Source: a phage. Taken from it: a DNA stretch of 64,000 nucleotides. The position numbers and the translations under genes were made by a program. Below, in pieces: positions 20,732 through 30,727 of the stretch. Positions within the stretch are counted from its first letter, which is position 1, and each line of letters begins with the position of its first letter. The notes beneath the pieces were generated by a model that was not told the DNA's origin, did no database searches, and was given only the letters and a program-made list of their open reading frames with translations. The DNA lies in assembly GCA_017676145.1 (NCBI GenBank), contig GCA_017676145.1_3628.1; one strand, 5' to 3'.

Positions 20732-21448
20732 TTAGTTAACATCAATAGCACGACCAGACTGGTTGGCAATAGCCTCATCATTAGAGGTAGCAATAACACC
20801 AGAGTATTCGCGCTCATCTGGAGCAAGCGTCCAGGTATTGCGGTTAATGGTTTGTTCTGCCTCGGTCATCAGTAGATCTTTATCCTGAGTCAACAGAGAG
20901 CCTACAGGGATTGGGTTTTCCATCTCAGGACCAGCATACTGGTTCCACCATGTGGCATCCCCGGTTCTAGGCAACCTGAAGTTGATCAGGTAGTACAGCT
21001 TATTAGCCCACTTAATCCAGCCTTCATCATCACAGAGAGAAGTTGTCCCAGCATCAGGTTGTGGATAGGTAAACTGATCAAGACCTACGAAAGCAAGTCT
21101 TACAATCTCGTTCTCCTTGGTAACAACCTCGAAGAACGCTTGATATGTTCTCGATCTTCGATCCATGGTAGATTGGAAGTTTATGATGTTTAGCACATCC
21201 GGCTCTTGTCTTGCCACTTCCATAATCTTGTTATCAAGAACAGTCTTCATGACCTTCTTGCTAAGAAAGTCCATATAAGGGAAGCCAAACAATTCGTCAA
21301 AGTACCAGCTCCCTTTCCAGGTATTAAACCTCATCCACAGGCGCTGGCGCAGACTTACCTGGTTTGAGTCTATCAACTCAAGACCTTTGTCTATCGCCAA
21401 ATCGCCTGTCTGTGGGTCCATCAATATATCACTATAAAGCGTAGCCAT
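20732..21448 (-). CDS. baseplate protein (hypothetical)
   Basis: 238 aa ORF in baseplate region. Confidence 0.3.
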   Translation of the reverse strand: MATLYSDILMDPQTGDLAIDKGLELIDSNQVSLRQRLWMRFNTWKGSWYFDELFGFPYMDFLSKKVMKTVLDNKIMEVARQEPDVLNIINFQSTMDRRSRTYQAFFEVVTKENEIVRLAFVGLDQFTYPQPDAGTTSLCDDEGWIKWANKLYYLINFRLPRTGDATWWNQYAGPEMENPIPVGSLLTQDKDLLMTEAEQTINRNTWTLAPDEREYSGVIATSNDEAIANQSGRAIDVN

Positions 21449-21460
21449 GCAAGCCCTCTA

Positions 21461-22138
21461 TTAGTGCGGTCCACTTGTCTCACCATCAGGGCAAGAGTGG
21501 GTATGACCTTTATATTCTGCATAGAATGAGTCCAAATCCACACCAGCAGCAGTTATGATTCTACCCGATGGGTCTATTGTGGCACCATTCATTCTAATAT
21601 TTCCATCCACAGCAGCTCGTAAATTGGCAGCTCCGTTGGTGAAAGAAAACTCCCCGCTACTGTCGCACCGTAATGTCCCACCAGGTGTTTGAAGCTCAAA
21701 ATCACCAGAAGGTGTCAGCTTAAAATAAACCCTATCATTCCATAACTCTACATTATCAGGATCGATCTGCAGAGCATTAGAGTCTGAATGAACAGAGGTT
21801 ATTGCCCACCCCGGAAACAGGCCGTGAGTTTGTTGATCATCGTTATTGTTTTCATTTCTCTCTGAAAACTGCAACCCTACAACATCTCCAGCCTTAATAG
21901 GGAGTGTTAACCTTGCCTTCCCACTGTTTGCAGACATCACCTGGATTGGCACATCATAGATAAGAGGGTATCTCTCAACATCTCCGTCATCAAACGTGGT
22001 TTCAGCTATTGGCTGCACGGCTGCGGAAGGGATACTGTAATCTACGCTGACAACTCTAGCCCTGATACTGGTGTGGTAGTCCCTCATTATTTTTTCTATA
22101 AAGGATCTTACGGCAGCATCTTTCCTATTTATTGCCAT
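21461..22138 (-). CDS. baseplate protein (hypothetical, spike or hub-sized)
   Basis: 225 aa ORF; position. Confidence 0.3.
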   Translation of the reverse strand: MAINRKDAAVRSFIEKIMRDYHTSIRARVVSVDYSIPSAAVQPIAETTFDDGDVERYPLIYDVPIQVMSANSGKARLTLPIKAGDVVGLQFSERNENNNDDQQTHGLFPGWAITSVHSDSNALQIDPDNVELWNDRVYFKLTPSGDFELQTPGGTLRCDSSGEFSFTNGAANLRAAVDGNIRMNGATIDPSGRIITAAGVDLDSFYAEYKGHTHSCPDGETSGPH

Positions 22139-23136
22139 TATACCTCCTCAGTTTTGTCAACAACTCCACCTATTGTTTCCCCAAGGCCAAGCTCTGTAGT
22201 GTAATCACCGCCCTCTATGGTGCCCTTATGGTGCACCGTGATCACCTTATAGAAGCCTGTGTATTGCCTGCTTTTAAGATAAATGGTGGACTCTGGGAGG
22301 ATAGCTCCGTTAAGGCATGTTGTTACAGTAAGACCAACATCCTCTCTCGGGTTTTTCTTTTTCTTACTTGTGCCACCCTTCGCAGCAGCTTTAGCTTTTC
22401 GTTTTTTAGCAGGTTCTGGGTTTTTAGGGGTAGGTGATCCGTGCATCCCAGACTCTGCACTTATTTCAAACACAGAGTCCTTGAACCTTTTTCCAACCTT
22501 GGTCCAATACAAAGCCCCATCCTGAACGCTAAACGTCGAGTTGGTCAGCCTTGCAAACCTGCGGAGGTTCTCTGCAGTGTTTCCAGAGAAAGCCATGGAG
22601 TATTGCAGAGTCTGGTTTCCAAAACCAACAACCCTACCTTTTGGCAAGTTCATATCCTTCAGCAGGTCATTAAGCACAGAGTTCAGAGGTGTGCCTTTCT
22701 GATAAGATCTTGTGCTTTGGCACTTAATGATGTTCTCAGTGCCATCACCAAAGATGAACTTAGTTTTTCTGGTCGGGCCTTCCCATCTGTCCTCAACAAA
22801 CTCTACAGTTCCGGAGAATATCAACTGGTTCTCATTATCATAGCCAGCCTCAAACATAACTGCAAGAGCATCAGCTTGATGCATATCTAGATAGTTGACT
22901 GTATCGTCAGACAGATTGTAAACTGTCACATAGCCTTTGTTTGGCTCTTTAGTATTGTCCTTTTGTATGTCAAACTCTATATTGGCAGCACCAGTGTCCG
23001 AGCTAATCTCATAAACTCCGGAATCACTCTCTCCTTTCTTTTCAACAGATTTTGGGATATTGGTTTTTGATTTACCGCCATGCTCTACAGGGCGACCAAA
23101 CAACAGTCGCCATGTTCTACGTCTGTACTCTGCCAT
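22138..23136 (-). CDS. baseplate or tail protein with lysine-rich linker
   Basis: 332 aa; PAKKRKAKAAAKGGTSKKKK low-complexity basic segment. Confidence 0.3.
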   Translation of the reverse strand: MAEYRRRTWRLLFGRPVEHGGKSKTNIPKSVEKKGESDSGVYEISSDTGAANIEFDIQKDNTKEPNKGYVTVYNLSDDTVNYLDMHQADALAVMFEAGYDNENQLIFSGTVEFVEDRWEGPTRKTKFIFGDGTENIIKCQSTRSYQKGTPLNSVLNDLLKDMNLPKGRVVGFGNQTLQYSMAFSGNTAENLRRFARLTNSTFSVQDGALYWTKVGKRFKDSVFEISAESGMHGSPTPKNPEPAKKRKAKAAAKGGTSKKKKNPREDVGLTVTTCLNGAILPESTIYLKSRQYTGFYKVITVHHKGTIEGGDYTTELGLGETIGGVVDKTEEV

Positions 23137-23516
23137 TATTCTAACCCTTGCTGTTCCTTGTAAAGATCAACTGGGGTACCGTATACAAGTTGCAGCTCAG
23201 ATCTTGCTCCAAGGTTGTATCTTCCAACCCGTCCCCAATATTGATCGTCTTTAAACGACAGCACCATCAATCTACCTTTCGGTAAGTCGTCTCTGTAATG
23301 CAGTCCGTCTAGAATATCTTGACAAGCTGTTACTTTTCTGGTTACTAAAGGGCTGTCACCTACCGGACCAAGAGATAACCACCAGGACTCATCCCTCTCA
23401 TTCCATTGCATACGCATTTCATACGTCTCATTGTCTAAAACAACACGCATGGTTTGATCAGGAAAGCCGTCAATGTCCCACACAAAGGTGATTATGCACC
23501 AATCTTTAAGCTCCAT
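23136..23516 (-). CDS. hypothetical tail protein
   Basis: 126 aa ORF. Confidence 0.3.
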   Translation of the reverse strand: MELKDWCIITFVWDIDGFPDQTMRVVLDNETYEMRMQWNERDESWWLSLGPVGDSPLVTRKVTACQDILDGLHYRDDLPKGRLMVLSFKDDQYWGRVGRYNLGARSELQLVYGTPVDLYKEQQGLE

Positions 23517-23528
23517 TACACGCTCCCC

Positions 23529-24440
23529 TTATTTTCCGTTAACTTTGTTGTAGTTTCCCTGTTCAGATGGGACTATGGTAGAAGGTCTTCCATATTCCTG
23601 ATAATACCAATCCGCAGCAGATTGGGTAACACCGTTTTCATCCGTCCACATCATAGATTTGTATGGCTGCCACTCTTCTGCAGCATTTGTGGATGCAGTG
23701 TCTGCAAATGCCCCTGTGTCCCTCTTGTTACCTACGTTACTGCCATTCTTACAATCGTTGACAGCACCTTTTTGCTGGGTCTTGCCTACTTTCTTAGGGT
23801 TGCTGTATACAGTTGCATTAACAACCTTGTTCAAGTAGAATGTGCGGAACTCTGTGAGTTCTACATCAAACACCATCGCAGCGCCTTCACCAACAGACTT
23901 GTTGGCAGAAAGACTGGTTATGATGTAGTTCTCAAGGAGTCTCTCCTCGGTAACCAAAGAAACCAATTGGCGCTTATTAATGATCTCAGTCAAAGCCTCC
24001 AGTGCAGCGCCCGGTCGCATAGATGCTGCAGGGTTTTTAGAGTCAGTATTCCTGTCAATGTAGTTTTGCTCATAGATTATATGTGGTGATGTATTTACCC
24101 TACCAGTAAAAGAAAATACACCATCTTTAATTACAGCGTGGTCTGACAGGGTAGATTTATCTTCCACCGCAAAATCAGTCTTATCAACAGAATGTTTGAA
24201 AGAGTAATTCTCAACCTGATCGAAGATAATGGCAAGATCGTTAGTAAAGTTTTTACCCTTCATCTCCGTATTGCGACCACCATAGTTAAGACCGCTGACA
24301 AACATAGTGTATTTTACATCACTTTCAGTTTGCTGCTCTGCCTTTTCAGCCTTTGGAGATTTAACCTCTTGAGGCTTGTACAGGTCTTTTTCATCAACTA
24401 TATTGCTTGGCATAACCTCTCCAGGACACTCCGATACCAT
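23529..24440 (-). CDS. hypothetical tail protein downstream of tape measure
   Basis: 303 aa ORF. Confidence 0.3.
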   Translation of the reverse strand: MVSECPGEVMPSNIVDEKDLYKPQEVKSPKAEKAEQQTESDVKYTMFVSGLNYGGRNTEMKGKNFTNDLAIIFDQVENYSFKHSVDKTDFAVEDKSTLSDHAVIKDGVFSFTGRVNTSPHIIYEQNYIDRNTDSKNPAASMRPGAALEALTEIINKRQLVSLVTEERLLENYIITSLSANKSVGEGAAMVFDVELTEFRTFYLNKVVNATVYSNPKKVGKTQQKGAVNDCKNGSNVGNKRDTGAFADTASTNAAEEWQPYKSMMWTDENGVTQSAADWYYQEYGRPSTIVPSEQGNYNKVNGK

Positions 24441-24480
24441 CTAAATATTGTATCATAAAATAGCCGTTTTTACAACACCG

Positions 24481-24510
24481 ATAAAATAAAGGGGGCCGGA
24501 GCCCCCGTTT
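24481..24510. terminator. bidirectional hairpin terminator between tape measure and downstream tail genes
   Basis: GGGGGC-CGGA-GCCCCC hairpin flanked by A-run and T-run. Confidence 0.45.
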
Positions 24511-24511
24511 A

Positions 24512-26851
24512 TTACCAAAGGTCGGTAGACATGAAGTTGATATCTTTATTGTTCTCCCACTCAAGTTTTGCATCAAACATTTTGTTAAACTCACCCTCAT
24601 CTATTGAAATCGTGATTTTCCCATCACTGATCTCTAAAGGTAGCATTTCCATAGTTCTTAATTGAGAAGCAAAACCAGGGCCACCTGGCAACGGAAGAGT
24701 ACCGCCCGGTAAGGTATCCAAAGGATCAACAAACCCGTTACCTCCCGATATGATATCTTTGCGAATCATATCGCTGATAGTATCCAGTTGCTGATTTCTC
24801 TCACTCAGTGGGTTGAAACGGTCATTAAATAACTCCCCGGCACTTAATATTGTACCGATAATACCAAGCTTACCAAGCAGGCCAACTTTACCACCAGGTG
24901 TCTTGAGGCCACCTCCTCCTTTTCCTGCTGCACCCCCACCAGAACCTTCTGTGGTAGCTGCACCCGCTGCTGCTGCTCCAGCTGCACCTCTTATAGAGCT
25001 AAGGAATTTGAAGGTTTTTACAAGCATAGATGCCATGACAAAACCTTTTGTCAGGGCGTTGACTACCAGCATGATGGCAGCAGCAAACCCTGCCCATCTA
25101 GCATAGCTAAAGGTGTCATGAAGCTCTTCAGAGTATTCCTTCGTCTTAGCTGTTATGAATCCCCATTTAATCCCCCATTCAAGGAAAAACATGCGGATCT
25201 TGACTATAGTGTTGTTTAGTTCACCAACTACCCAGTTAAGGCCTCTCACAAACCCGCTAACAAAATCACCAGAGGCATCCCACACAAATTGCAGAGTCTC
25301 ACCAGTGCGGATTAGTGTATAATAGAACTCTGTTAGTTCGTCAGACCAACGGGTGAATAGTTTCTGACGAGTCAGTTCGATGAAGGTTTTCAGTCTGTTT
25401 TCTGCCAGCACGTTAGACTTCTGCATTCTTTCATAACCAGCTGCAGATGCCTCGTTCATGTACTTAGCCACATACTTCATGATCTTGGCTGTTTTAACCT
25501 CACCTTTCTTCATCATATCCATGAACTGATCCATGGAGAGTTCAGAAAGACCAAAAGCCTCTTTGGTGGCCTTGATAAAAGGTTCGTATGCACCAGGCAA
25601 TGCTTCAGCAAGTTGTTGCTTCAGTTCTTCGGACATTACTTGTCCTTTACCGAGCATCTGTTGGATTGCCATGATACCACGCTGGTATTTTACCTCATCG
25701 GCACCATAAGCAGCAGCATACTGGGAGTATGCAGAAAACAGCTCATGCACTTCCTGATTTGTCATCTGGTTTTTGGCGTTTACCGACATCTGGGCGTAAC
25801 CTTGAAGACCAGATTTGAGATCAAAACCAAGACGCATAGCCTCTTGCTGGACAAACGCAACCTCACTGTTGGCTTTGTTTGGATCTCCAGTAACAGCAGT
25901 AAGAGCAGCACTTGCCCCCTCCATCATGTGACCGGATCTGTTAACCGCAGCAAATCCAGAAAAAGCTGTATACGCAGCTGTTGCATTAATAACAGATCTA
26001 CGTAAGTCTCTCATGGCATCGCCTAGTGTAAGCGTTTGGCTGGTGGCGCTTTTAAACCCGGACTGCAGCGCTGACAGGTGGGCGTTAAAGGTTGACTTCT
26101 TCATCTCCCCGCGAGCAAACCTGGACTCTAACTCTGAGTATCCTGGCAAGCTTCCACGGAATCCGGCCCCATACTTGGCAGAAAGTCTTATCGCGGAGTT
26201 GTAGAGGTGGGTTCTCCTTGCCTCACGATCCGACATAAGCTTATTATCCATACCAGCTTTACTGTCTCTTCTTAGCTGTCTATGATAACGATTCATAGCG
26301 GCTGTCTGAGCTTTCACAAGGTTAGGGTCGGAAGCCACACCACCCATATTAGGGTTACCTGGGATATACTTGAAAGATTTAGCATTAGCCAAAACTCTTG
26401 CCTTGGGTGCCTTATAGCCGCCGTAAGACACTGGTGCAGATTTGGCAGCCTTTTTGGCCTCTTTAGCTTGCTGCTGGTAGAACTTACGCATCCTGGCCAT
26501 TTCTGGATTTTTAGCGGTAAGATTACCTACAGCCTGTTTACGTCTTGCGTTCTCCCTACGTTCTATTGCAGCCCTTACTGCAGCCTCTTTCTTGGCTTGT
26601 GCTACGCTCTCCCTGTGAAGTTTAGCATTTGCCTGAGATTGCTGTCTGGCAACCCGCTGCATTGTTTGCTGAGTTTTAACAGCCACTGCTTGCCATCTAC
26701 TCATTGGGTTGGCTGAGTTAAAATCCTCGCCCAGTTTCCTGAACTCCCTCCCAATACTGCGAATTTTCTCTACAGCTTTTTTGTAGGAGGAGTTCTCTAT
26801 CTCAAAGCCAATCTTGTTGACTGTTGTGGCAACTATTTTGTTTGTAGCCAT
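24512..26851 (-). CDS. tail tape measure protein
   Basis: 779 aa; helical N-terminal half; Gly/Ala-rich segment GAGAAAAGAATTEGSGGGAAGKGGGG; immediately after the chaperone pair. Confidence 0.7.
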   Translation of the reverse strand: MATNKIVATTVNKIGFEIENSSYKKAVEKIRSIGREFRKLGEDFNSANPMSRWQAVAVKTQQTMQRVARQQSQANAKLHRESVAQAKKEAAVRAAIERRENARRKQAVGNLTAKNPEMARMRKFYQQQAKEAKKAAKSAPVSYGGYKAPKARVLANAKSFKYIPGNPNMGGVASDPNLVKAQTAAMNRYHRQLRRDSKAGMDNKLMSDREARRTHLYNSAIRLSAKYGAGFRGSLPGYSELESRFARGEMKKSTFNAHLSALQSGFKSATSQTLTLGDAMRDLRRSVINATAAYTAFSGFAAVNRSGHMMEGASAALTAVTGDPNKANSEVAFVQQEAMRLGFDLKSGLQGYAQMSVNAKNQMTNQEVHELFSAYSQYAAAYGADEVKYQRGIMAIQQMLGKGQVMSEELKQQLAEALPGAYEPFIKATKEAFGLSELSMDQFMDMMKKGEVKTAKIMKYVAKYMNEASAAGYERMQKSNVLAENRLKTFIELTRQKLFTRWSDELTEFYYTLIRTGETLQFVWDASGDFVSGFVRGLNWVVGELNNTIVKIRMFFLEWGIKWGFITAKTKEYSEELHDTFSYARWAGFAAAIMLVVNALTKGFVMASMLVKTFKFLSSIRGAAGAAAAGAATTEGSGGGAAGKGGGGLKTPGGKVGLLGKLGIIGTILSAGELFNDRFNPLSERNQQLDTISDMIRKDIISGGNGFVDPLDTLPGGTLPLPGGPGFASQLRTMEMLPLEISDGKITISIDEGEFNKMFDAKLEWENNKDINFMSTDLW

Positions 26852-26906
26852 GCTTTCCTCATAATAAAAAAGGGCCAGATCCCAGAAAAGGAATCCGGCC
26901 CTTAGA

Positions 26907-27155
26907 TTATCCTCTCCTGCGCTTAGCTTTCGCAGCAGCTGCGGCAGCCTTCTGCTCCCGCTCCATTTCTCTGTTTTGGACGGTATCTAGGAATTCTTCG
27001 ATATCAAGATACTCACAGAGCTTCAGGAAATACGCCATATCTGCAAGATTTAGCGATTCAAAATTTTCCCCTTTGAAATTCTTGAGCACCCTGCACCAAA
27101 GAAAGTCGAACCAGTTAAGTGAACTGTTCTTGGCTGCCCACTCACTGGCCCTCAC
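26907..27155 (-). CDS. tail assembly chaperone, -1 frame extension (GT-like fusion)
   Basis: ORF in the -1 frame relative to 27167-27640; frame is open upstream back to the slippery site at 27266-27272. Confidence 0.5.
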   Translation of the reverse strand: MRASEWAAKNSSLNWFDFLWCRVLKNFKGENFESLNLADMAYFLKLCEYLDIEEFLDTVQNREMEREQKAAAAAAKAKRRRG

Positions 27156-27166
27156 AACAACCTTGC

Positions 27167-27640
27167 TTATTCCTGCTCTTCCGGAGTCTGATCCAGATTG
27201 TTCACCTGCTGGATCATACCCATCTGCTGTAACATCTCCAGAAGGCTTCCTAAACCGTCTTGTGTGAAAAAACAGCCGTAGTTAACCTCCAGAACCTTAC
27301 CTGCCAGCTTAATCATCTCCAGCAGATGCCCTGCAAACACAACATCAGGGTTAAGCTTATCCACACCATCCACGGTAATATCTTCGAACAAGATTTTAAA
27401 TAACTCTTCGATAGAGTTATCATCAAGTTCTTGGAACAGGTAAGCCAGGGCTGTAGGAAGGACCTCTGCCATATTCTGACCGCCTGAGAGAATAGATCCA
27501 CCGATAGCACCTAGCGGGACAGCTACAATCTTACCGATTTTAGGCATGTTTTTCATTGCTTTCATCGGTCCCCAGTGGGTGATCACAAAGTTGTGCCCTG
27601 CTAAATCAATCTCTGTTGTAGGTCTAAAGTTTATAGCCAT
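27167..27640 (-). CDS. tail assembly chaperone (G-like)
   Basis: 157 aa; located between tube candidate and tape measure; contains slippery heptamer near its 3' end. Confidence 0.55.
   Translation of the reverse strand: MAINFRPTTEIDLAGHNFVITHWGPMKAMKNMPKIGKIVAVPLGAIGGSILSGGQNMAEVLPTALAYLFQELDDNSIEELFKILFEDITVDGVDKLNPDVVFAGHLLEMIKLAGKVLEVNYGCFFTQDGLGSLLEMLQQMGMIQQVNNLDQTPEEQE
27266..27272 (-). other. candidate -1 programmed ribosomal frameshift site (U UUU UUC)
   Basis: minus-strand TTTTTTC within codons TGT TTT TTC of the G-like ORF; -1 frame has no stop from here through 26907. Confidence 0.45.
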
Positions 27641-27750
27641 TTTATAGCATCCTTATTAGTCATGTTGTGCACCATATTTGTGTATTTTACCATGATTATG
27701 GTGCATTGTCAATTTAACCTTTCAAGCAATTCAAGAACGTGTGTCAAAAC

Positions 27751-27783
27751 CATAAAAGCAAAAAGCCCCACCCGAAGGTGAGG
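27751..27783 (-). terminator. rho-independent terminator after tube gene
   Basis: CCCCACC-CGAA-GGTGAGG hairpin with A-run (U-run on minus strand). Confidence 0.45.
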
Positions 27784-27802
27784 CCTATGCTAAAGTGTGC
27801 CC

Positions 27803-28276
27803 TTAGATAATACCTGCAAGACCTGCGAGGCCAGTGAGAGCACCAGTGATGTTGTCACGGTTGAGCCATGCATCCAGAATACCGATATCCCAGTCCAGTT
27901 GACCTACTTCGGTTCCGTAAGTCAGGTCAGGCTGCTTCTGAATCCAACCGATTGTGGAAATACCAGGACCCTGGCTGCCCTCCAGCAGAACTGGGAAGAA
28001 TACCAGACCAGTAATCGATGCCTGTTTCTGCCAGTCAGAGAGGTAAGCGTTCCATACAGAAGTGTTCTGCAAAGACACAGTCATAACACCTGATTGGTTA
28101 CGAGACAGTGCCGCAGACATTTCGCCATCCACACCAACATGAGGGTAGATGTTGTCTTCGTTTCTTGAAACAACGATCTTGGTGTCAGCAGCGAAGCCAG
28201 TGACACGCTGCTGCATCAGATACAGTTTGACCTTTTTAGGGTCATACGCATAAGGAGTTAAAATTTGAGTTTCCAT
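27803..28276 (-). CDS. tail tube protein candidate
   Basis: 157 aa; sits between sheath-sized gene and the chaperone pair, the usual sheath-tube-chaperone-tape measure order in contractile-tail phages. Confidence 0.45.
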   Translation of the reverse strand: METQILTPYAYDPKKVKLYLMQQRVTGFAADTKIVVSRNEDNIYPHVGVDGEMSAALSRNQSGVMTVSLQNTSVWNAYLSDWQKQASITGLVFFPVLLEGSQGPGISTIGWIQKQPDLTYGTEVGQLDWDIGILDAWLNRDNITGALTGLAGLAGII

Positions 28277-28286
28277 CTAGGCTTCC

Positions 28287-29663
28287 TTATTCAGTCATTG
28301 CAACAGCATTGGTGGATTTAGAACCAACTTTGTCCAGAAGGACGTTGATCCGGATACGAACGAAGTGCAGGGCGTTGTTATACACCAGTTCTACTTTCAC
28401 ACCTTCCAGAACACGAGCAGCCAACTGATTGGTTGGGATCTCTGCACGTTTAGGAACTGTGATGATCGGGTCGTAGAACACATTGTTGTCTTCGTCAAAA
28501 CCTGTCAGGATCGCGCCATTCTTAATGCCAGTATTGATCGGGTTGTTCATCAGAACAGACTTGATAACCGGAAGATCATCATCAGACATCTTCATGCTTA
28601 AACCCATATTGGAGCGGCGATGCATGTACCCGAACATGGATTCTTCAGATCTGAACTTGATCCAGTGTGCAAAACGAATAGCGTCTGCATACTGACCTGA
28701 AGCACACTTACCTTCCCAGAAAGCGCCAACACCGTTAATCATTCTATAGAAGTTAACGTGGTTTTCCCAAATCGCCATGCGCTGAGTTAAAGTCAGAGAT
28801 GGTGCAATCACACCCGGCATCTGTTTTAAGTGCAAGCTGTCACCGTAAGACGGATCGTTGGATGCCATAGCGCCTACGATACCACCCTCTGGAAAATCTT
28901 TATCAGCACGAGGATCGTACATGCCGACACTGTCATACTGTGCAGCCATCAGTTTGGTGGCGATGTTATTATCTTTGCCAGTCACATCTTCTGCAGTAGA
29001 GTAGACATGCAGCTTGTAGTTAGCCTGAGCCCACTTGGCACATGCTTCAATGTCGGTGTGGTCTTCATGGCACAGGAAGTACCAATTGTCACGCTCAGCA
29101 TTGATCTTATCAACTACTGTAGAAGGTTTTTCAGCATTGGCGATATTTTTGATTGTGTAGTTACCAGTATGATAACCAACAGTGCAGTTACCAGTGATGG
29201 TGAGAACACCTTCAGCAGCCTCTACAGTGATATCGTTCAAGCTATCATCTGCTTCAATTTTAGTCTTCATTGACTCTGCAATCTGAGTTGCACCTGTTCC
29301 ACCAGAGATAGGCACTATCAAAGAAGTATTGTAGCTACCTTTTGCAATAGTCATTACAACATCGGTATCAGCTGCGGCAGCAATACCTTTAAAATCTACA
29401 GTGGTCTTTTCTTTGGCCTGTCTGCCGATCATAACGTATTGTGGAGGGAATACACCACCAAAAGCTTTTGCTGCAAACTCATACGCTGCAGAGCCTTGTG
29501 CGAAACCATCTTCCACCATCTGATCCAGCTCTGCATATACGCGAGCTCGCTCAGTAAAGTTGTTGTGGATAGCGATGAACAGGGGAGTTTCGAAACCTAC
29601 AGTGTCAATAGGCTGGGTTCCGAGGTTAACTGTAACATCTACCACTTTATCTAAATATGGCAT
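28287..29663 (-). CDS. tail sheath protein candidate
   Basis: 458 aa; position directly upstream of tube candidate; assigned by size and order only. Confidence 0.45.
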   Translation of the reverse strand: MPYLDKVVDVTVNLGTQPIDTVGFETPLFIAIHNNFTERARVYAELDQMVEDGFAQGSAAYEFAAKAFGGVFPPQYVMIGRQAKEKTTVDFKGIAAAADTDVVMTIAKGSYNTSLIVPISGGTGATQIAESMKTKIEADDSLNDITVEAAEGVLTITGNCTVGYHTGNYTIKNIANAEKPSTVVDKINAERDNWYFLCHEDHTDIEACAKWAQANYKLHVYSTAEDVTGKDNNIATKLMAAQYDSVGMYDPRADKDFPEGGIVGAMASNDPSYGDSLHLKQMPGVIAPSLTLTQRMAIWENHVNFYRMINGVGAFWEGKCASGQYADAIRFAHWIKFRSEESMFGYMHRRSNMGLSMKMSDDDLPVIKSVLMNNPINTGIKNGAILTGFDEDNNVFYDPIITVPKRAEIPTNQLAARVLEGVKVELVYNNALHFVRIRINVLLDKVGSKSTNAVAMTE

Positions 29664-29703
29664 TTGTTTCCTCTTAATATCTGTGCACGGATATCAAACA
29701 CGC

Positions 29704-29720
29704 AGTGTAATCATTACACT
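29704..29720. promoter_or_regulatory. perfect 17 bp palindrome upstream of the sheath gene
   Basis: AGTGTAATCATTACACT reads identically on both strands; intergenic. Confidence 0.3.
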
Positions 29721-29735
29721 ACACAATTATAACGA

Positions 29736-30287
29736 TTACTGACCACTGTCTGTAACCGCTTTACCAGAATTGGGTGAAGGGAAGTGTGTGGTTATTTCAG
29801 CCTTAATTCCCTGAAGATCCTCAAAAGCCCCAATGTCTGTCTCAACAAACCTTACGTTAAATGTCAGCATCACAGTGGCTCTATTTTCATACGTCTGCTT
29901 ATTCAACGGCACTCTTTGAGGTGAGATTGTTGAATTGTTAGAGTAGGCAAAGCACGATCCCAGAGGGAAATACTTGTCATAAAACATTGGAAGATTTATT
30001 GCTTGCAATACTCTGCTAAGTGCAGCATATGCCCTGCCACGATAAGCTGTTAGCAGATAGGTAACAGTATAGCTGTGGGTGACGTAAGCATTACCCTCCG
30101 CATCTTGAAACTCATTATCTTCCCAAGTGGTAGGATTGATCGCCAAGGTTTGTAAAAGTACAAACTCACCTTCCGGCTTCGGTATGGTAGAGCTTTCTGC
30201 CAGAACTACAGTTCTTCCTGTGGCAACCTTGACAAGCTTAGCAATGGTTGTTTCAAGATCAGAAAAAACTTTTTCGAAAGCTTCCAT
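29736..30287 (-). CDS. head-tail joining or tail completion protein (hypothetical)
   Basis: 183 aa ORF between head and tail modules. Confidence 0.3.
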   Translation of the reverse strand: MEAFEKVFSDLETTIAKLVKVATGRTVVLAESSTIPKPEGEFVLLQTLAINPTTWEDNEFQDAEGNAYVTHSYTVTYLLTAYRGRAYAALSRVLQAINLPMFYDKYFPLGSCFAYSNNSTISPQRVPLNKQTYENRATVMLTFNVRFVETDIGAFEDLQGIKAEITTHFPSPNSGKAVTDSGQ

Positions 30288-30712
30288 TAGTTTTCTCCTT
30301 CAGGCTCTTCTACCACAAAAAATCTATATCTCCCACCACCAGAGGTAACATATGCATCGCATTTTAAAACGGTAAACCATTTCAAGTCACCACGGATGTC
30401 AGGAAGTTGAATTTGATCAGCCATTGCGTATGTTCCTTCATCCGGACTATACAACTTGGTTGAGGAGTAAACTGTAAAAGCCTCGTACTGTCTGTCACCT
30501 TCAGGGTTTATTTGAGAGGAATAATCTTTAGCCGCCCTTCCTGTCAACGGCTGCACAACACACTCTAAGACATCAAACTCTTCATACTCAAGTTCTAACC
30601 CCTCGTTGGCAAAAGGGCCACCAACTGTTTTGTTATACACTCTGTGGCGACCTTTGAATGTTTTACGAGGTATTAGTCTGTTCTTTCCTATCAGCTTATA
30701 ACCTGCTGCCAC
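30287..30712 (-). CDS. head-tail joining protein (hypothetical)
   Basis: 141 aa ORF; start overlaps upstream stop. Confidence 0.3.
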   Translation of the reverse strand: MAAGYKLIGKNRLIPRKTFKGRHRVYNKTVGGPFANEGLELEYEEFDVLECVVQPLTGRAAKDYSSQINPEGDRQYEAFTVYSSTKLYSPDEGTYAMADQIQLPDIRGDLKWFTVLKCDAYVTSGGGRYRFFVVEEPEGEN

Positions 30713-30727
30713 TCAACCCCCTTATTT

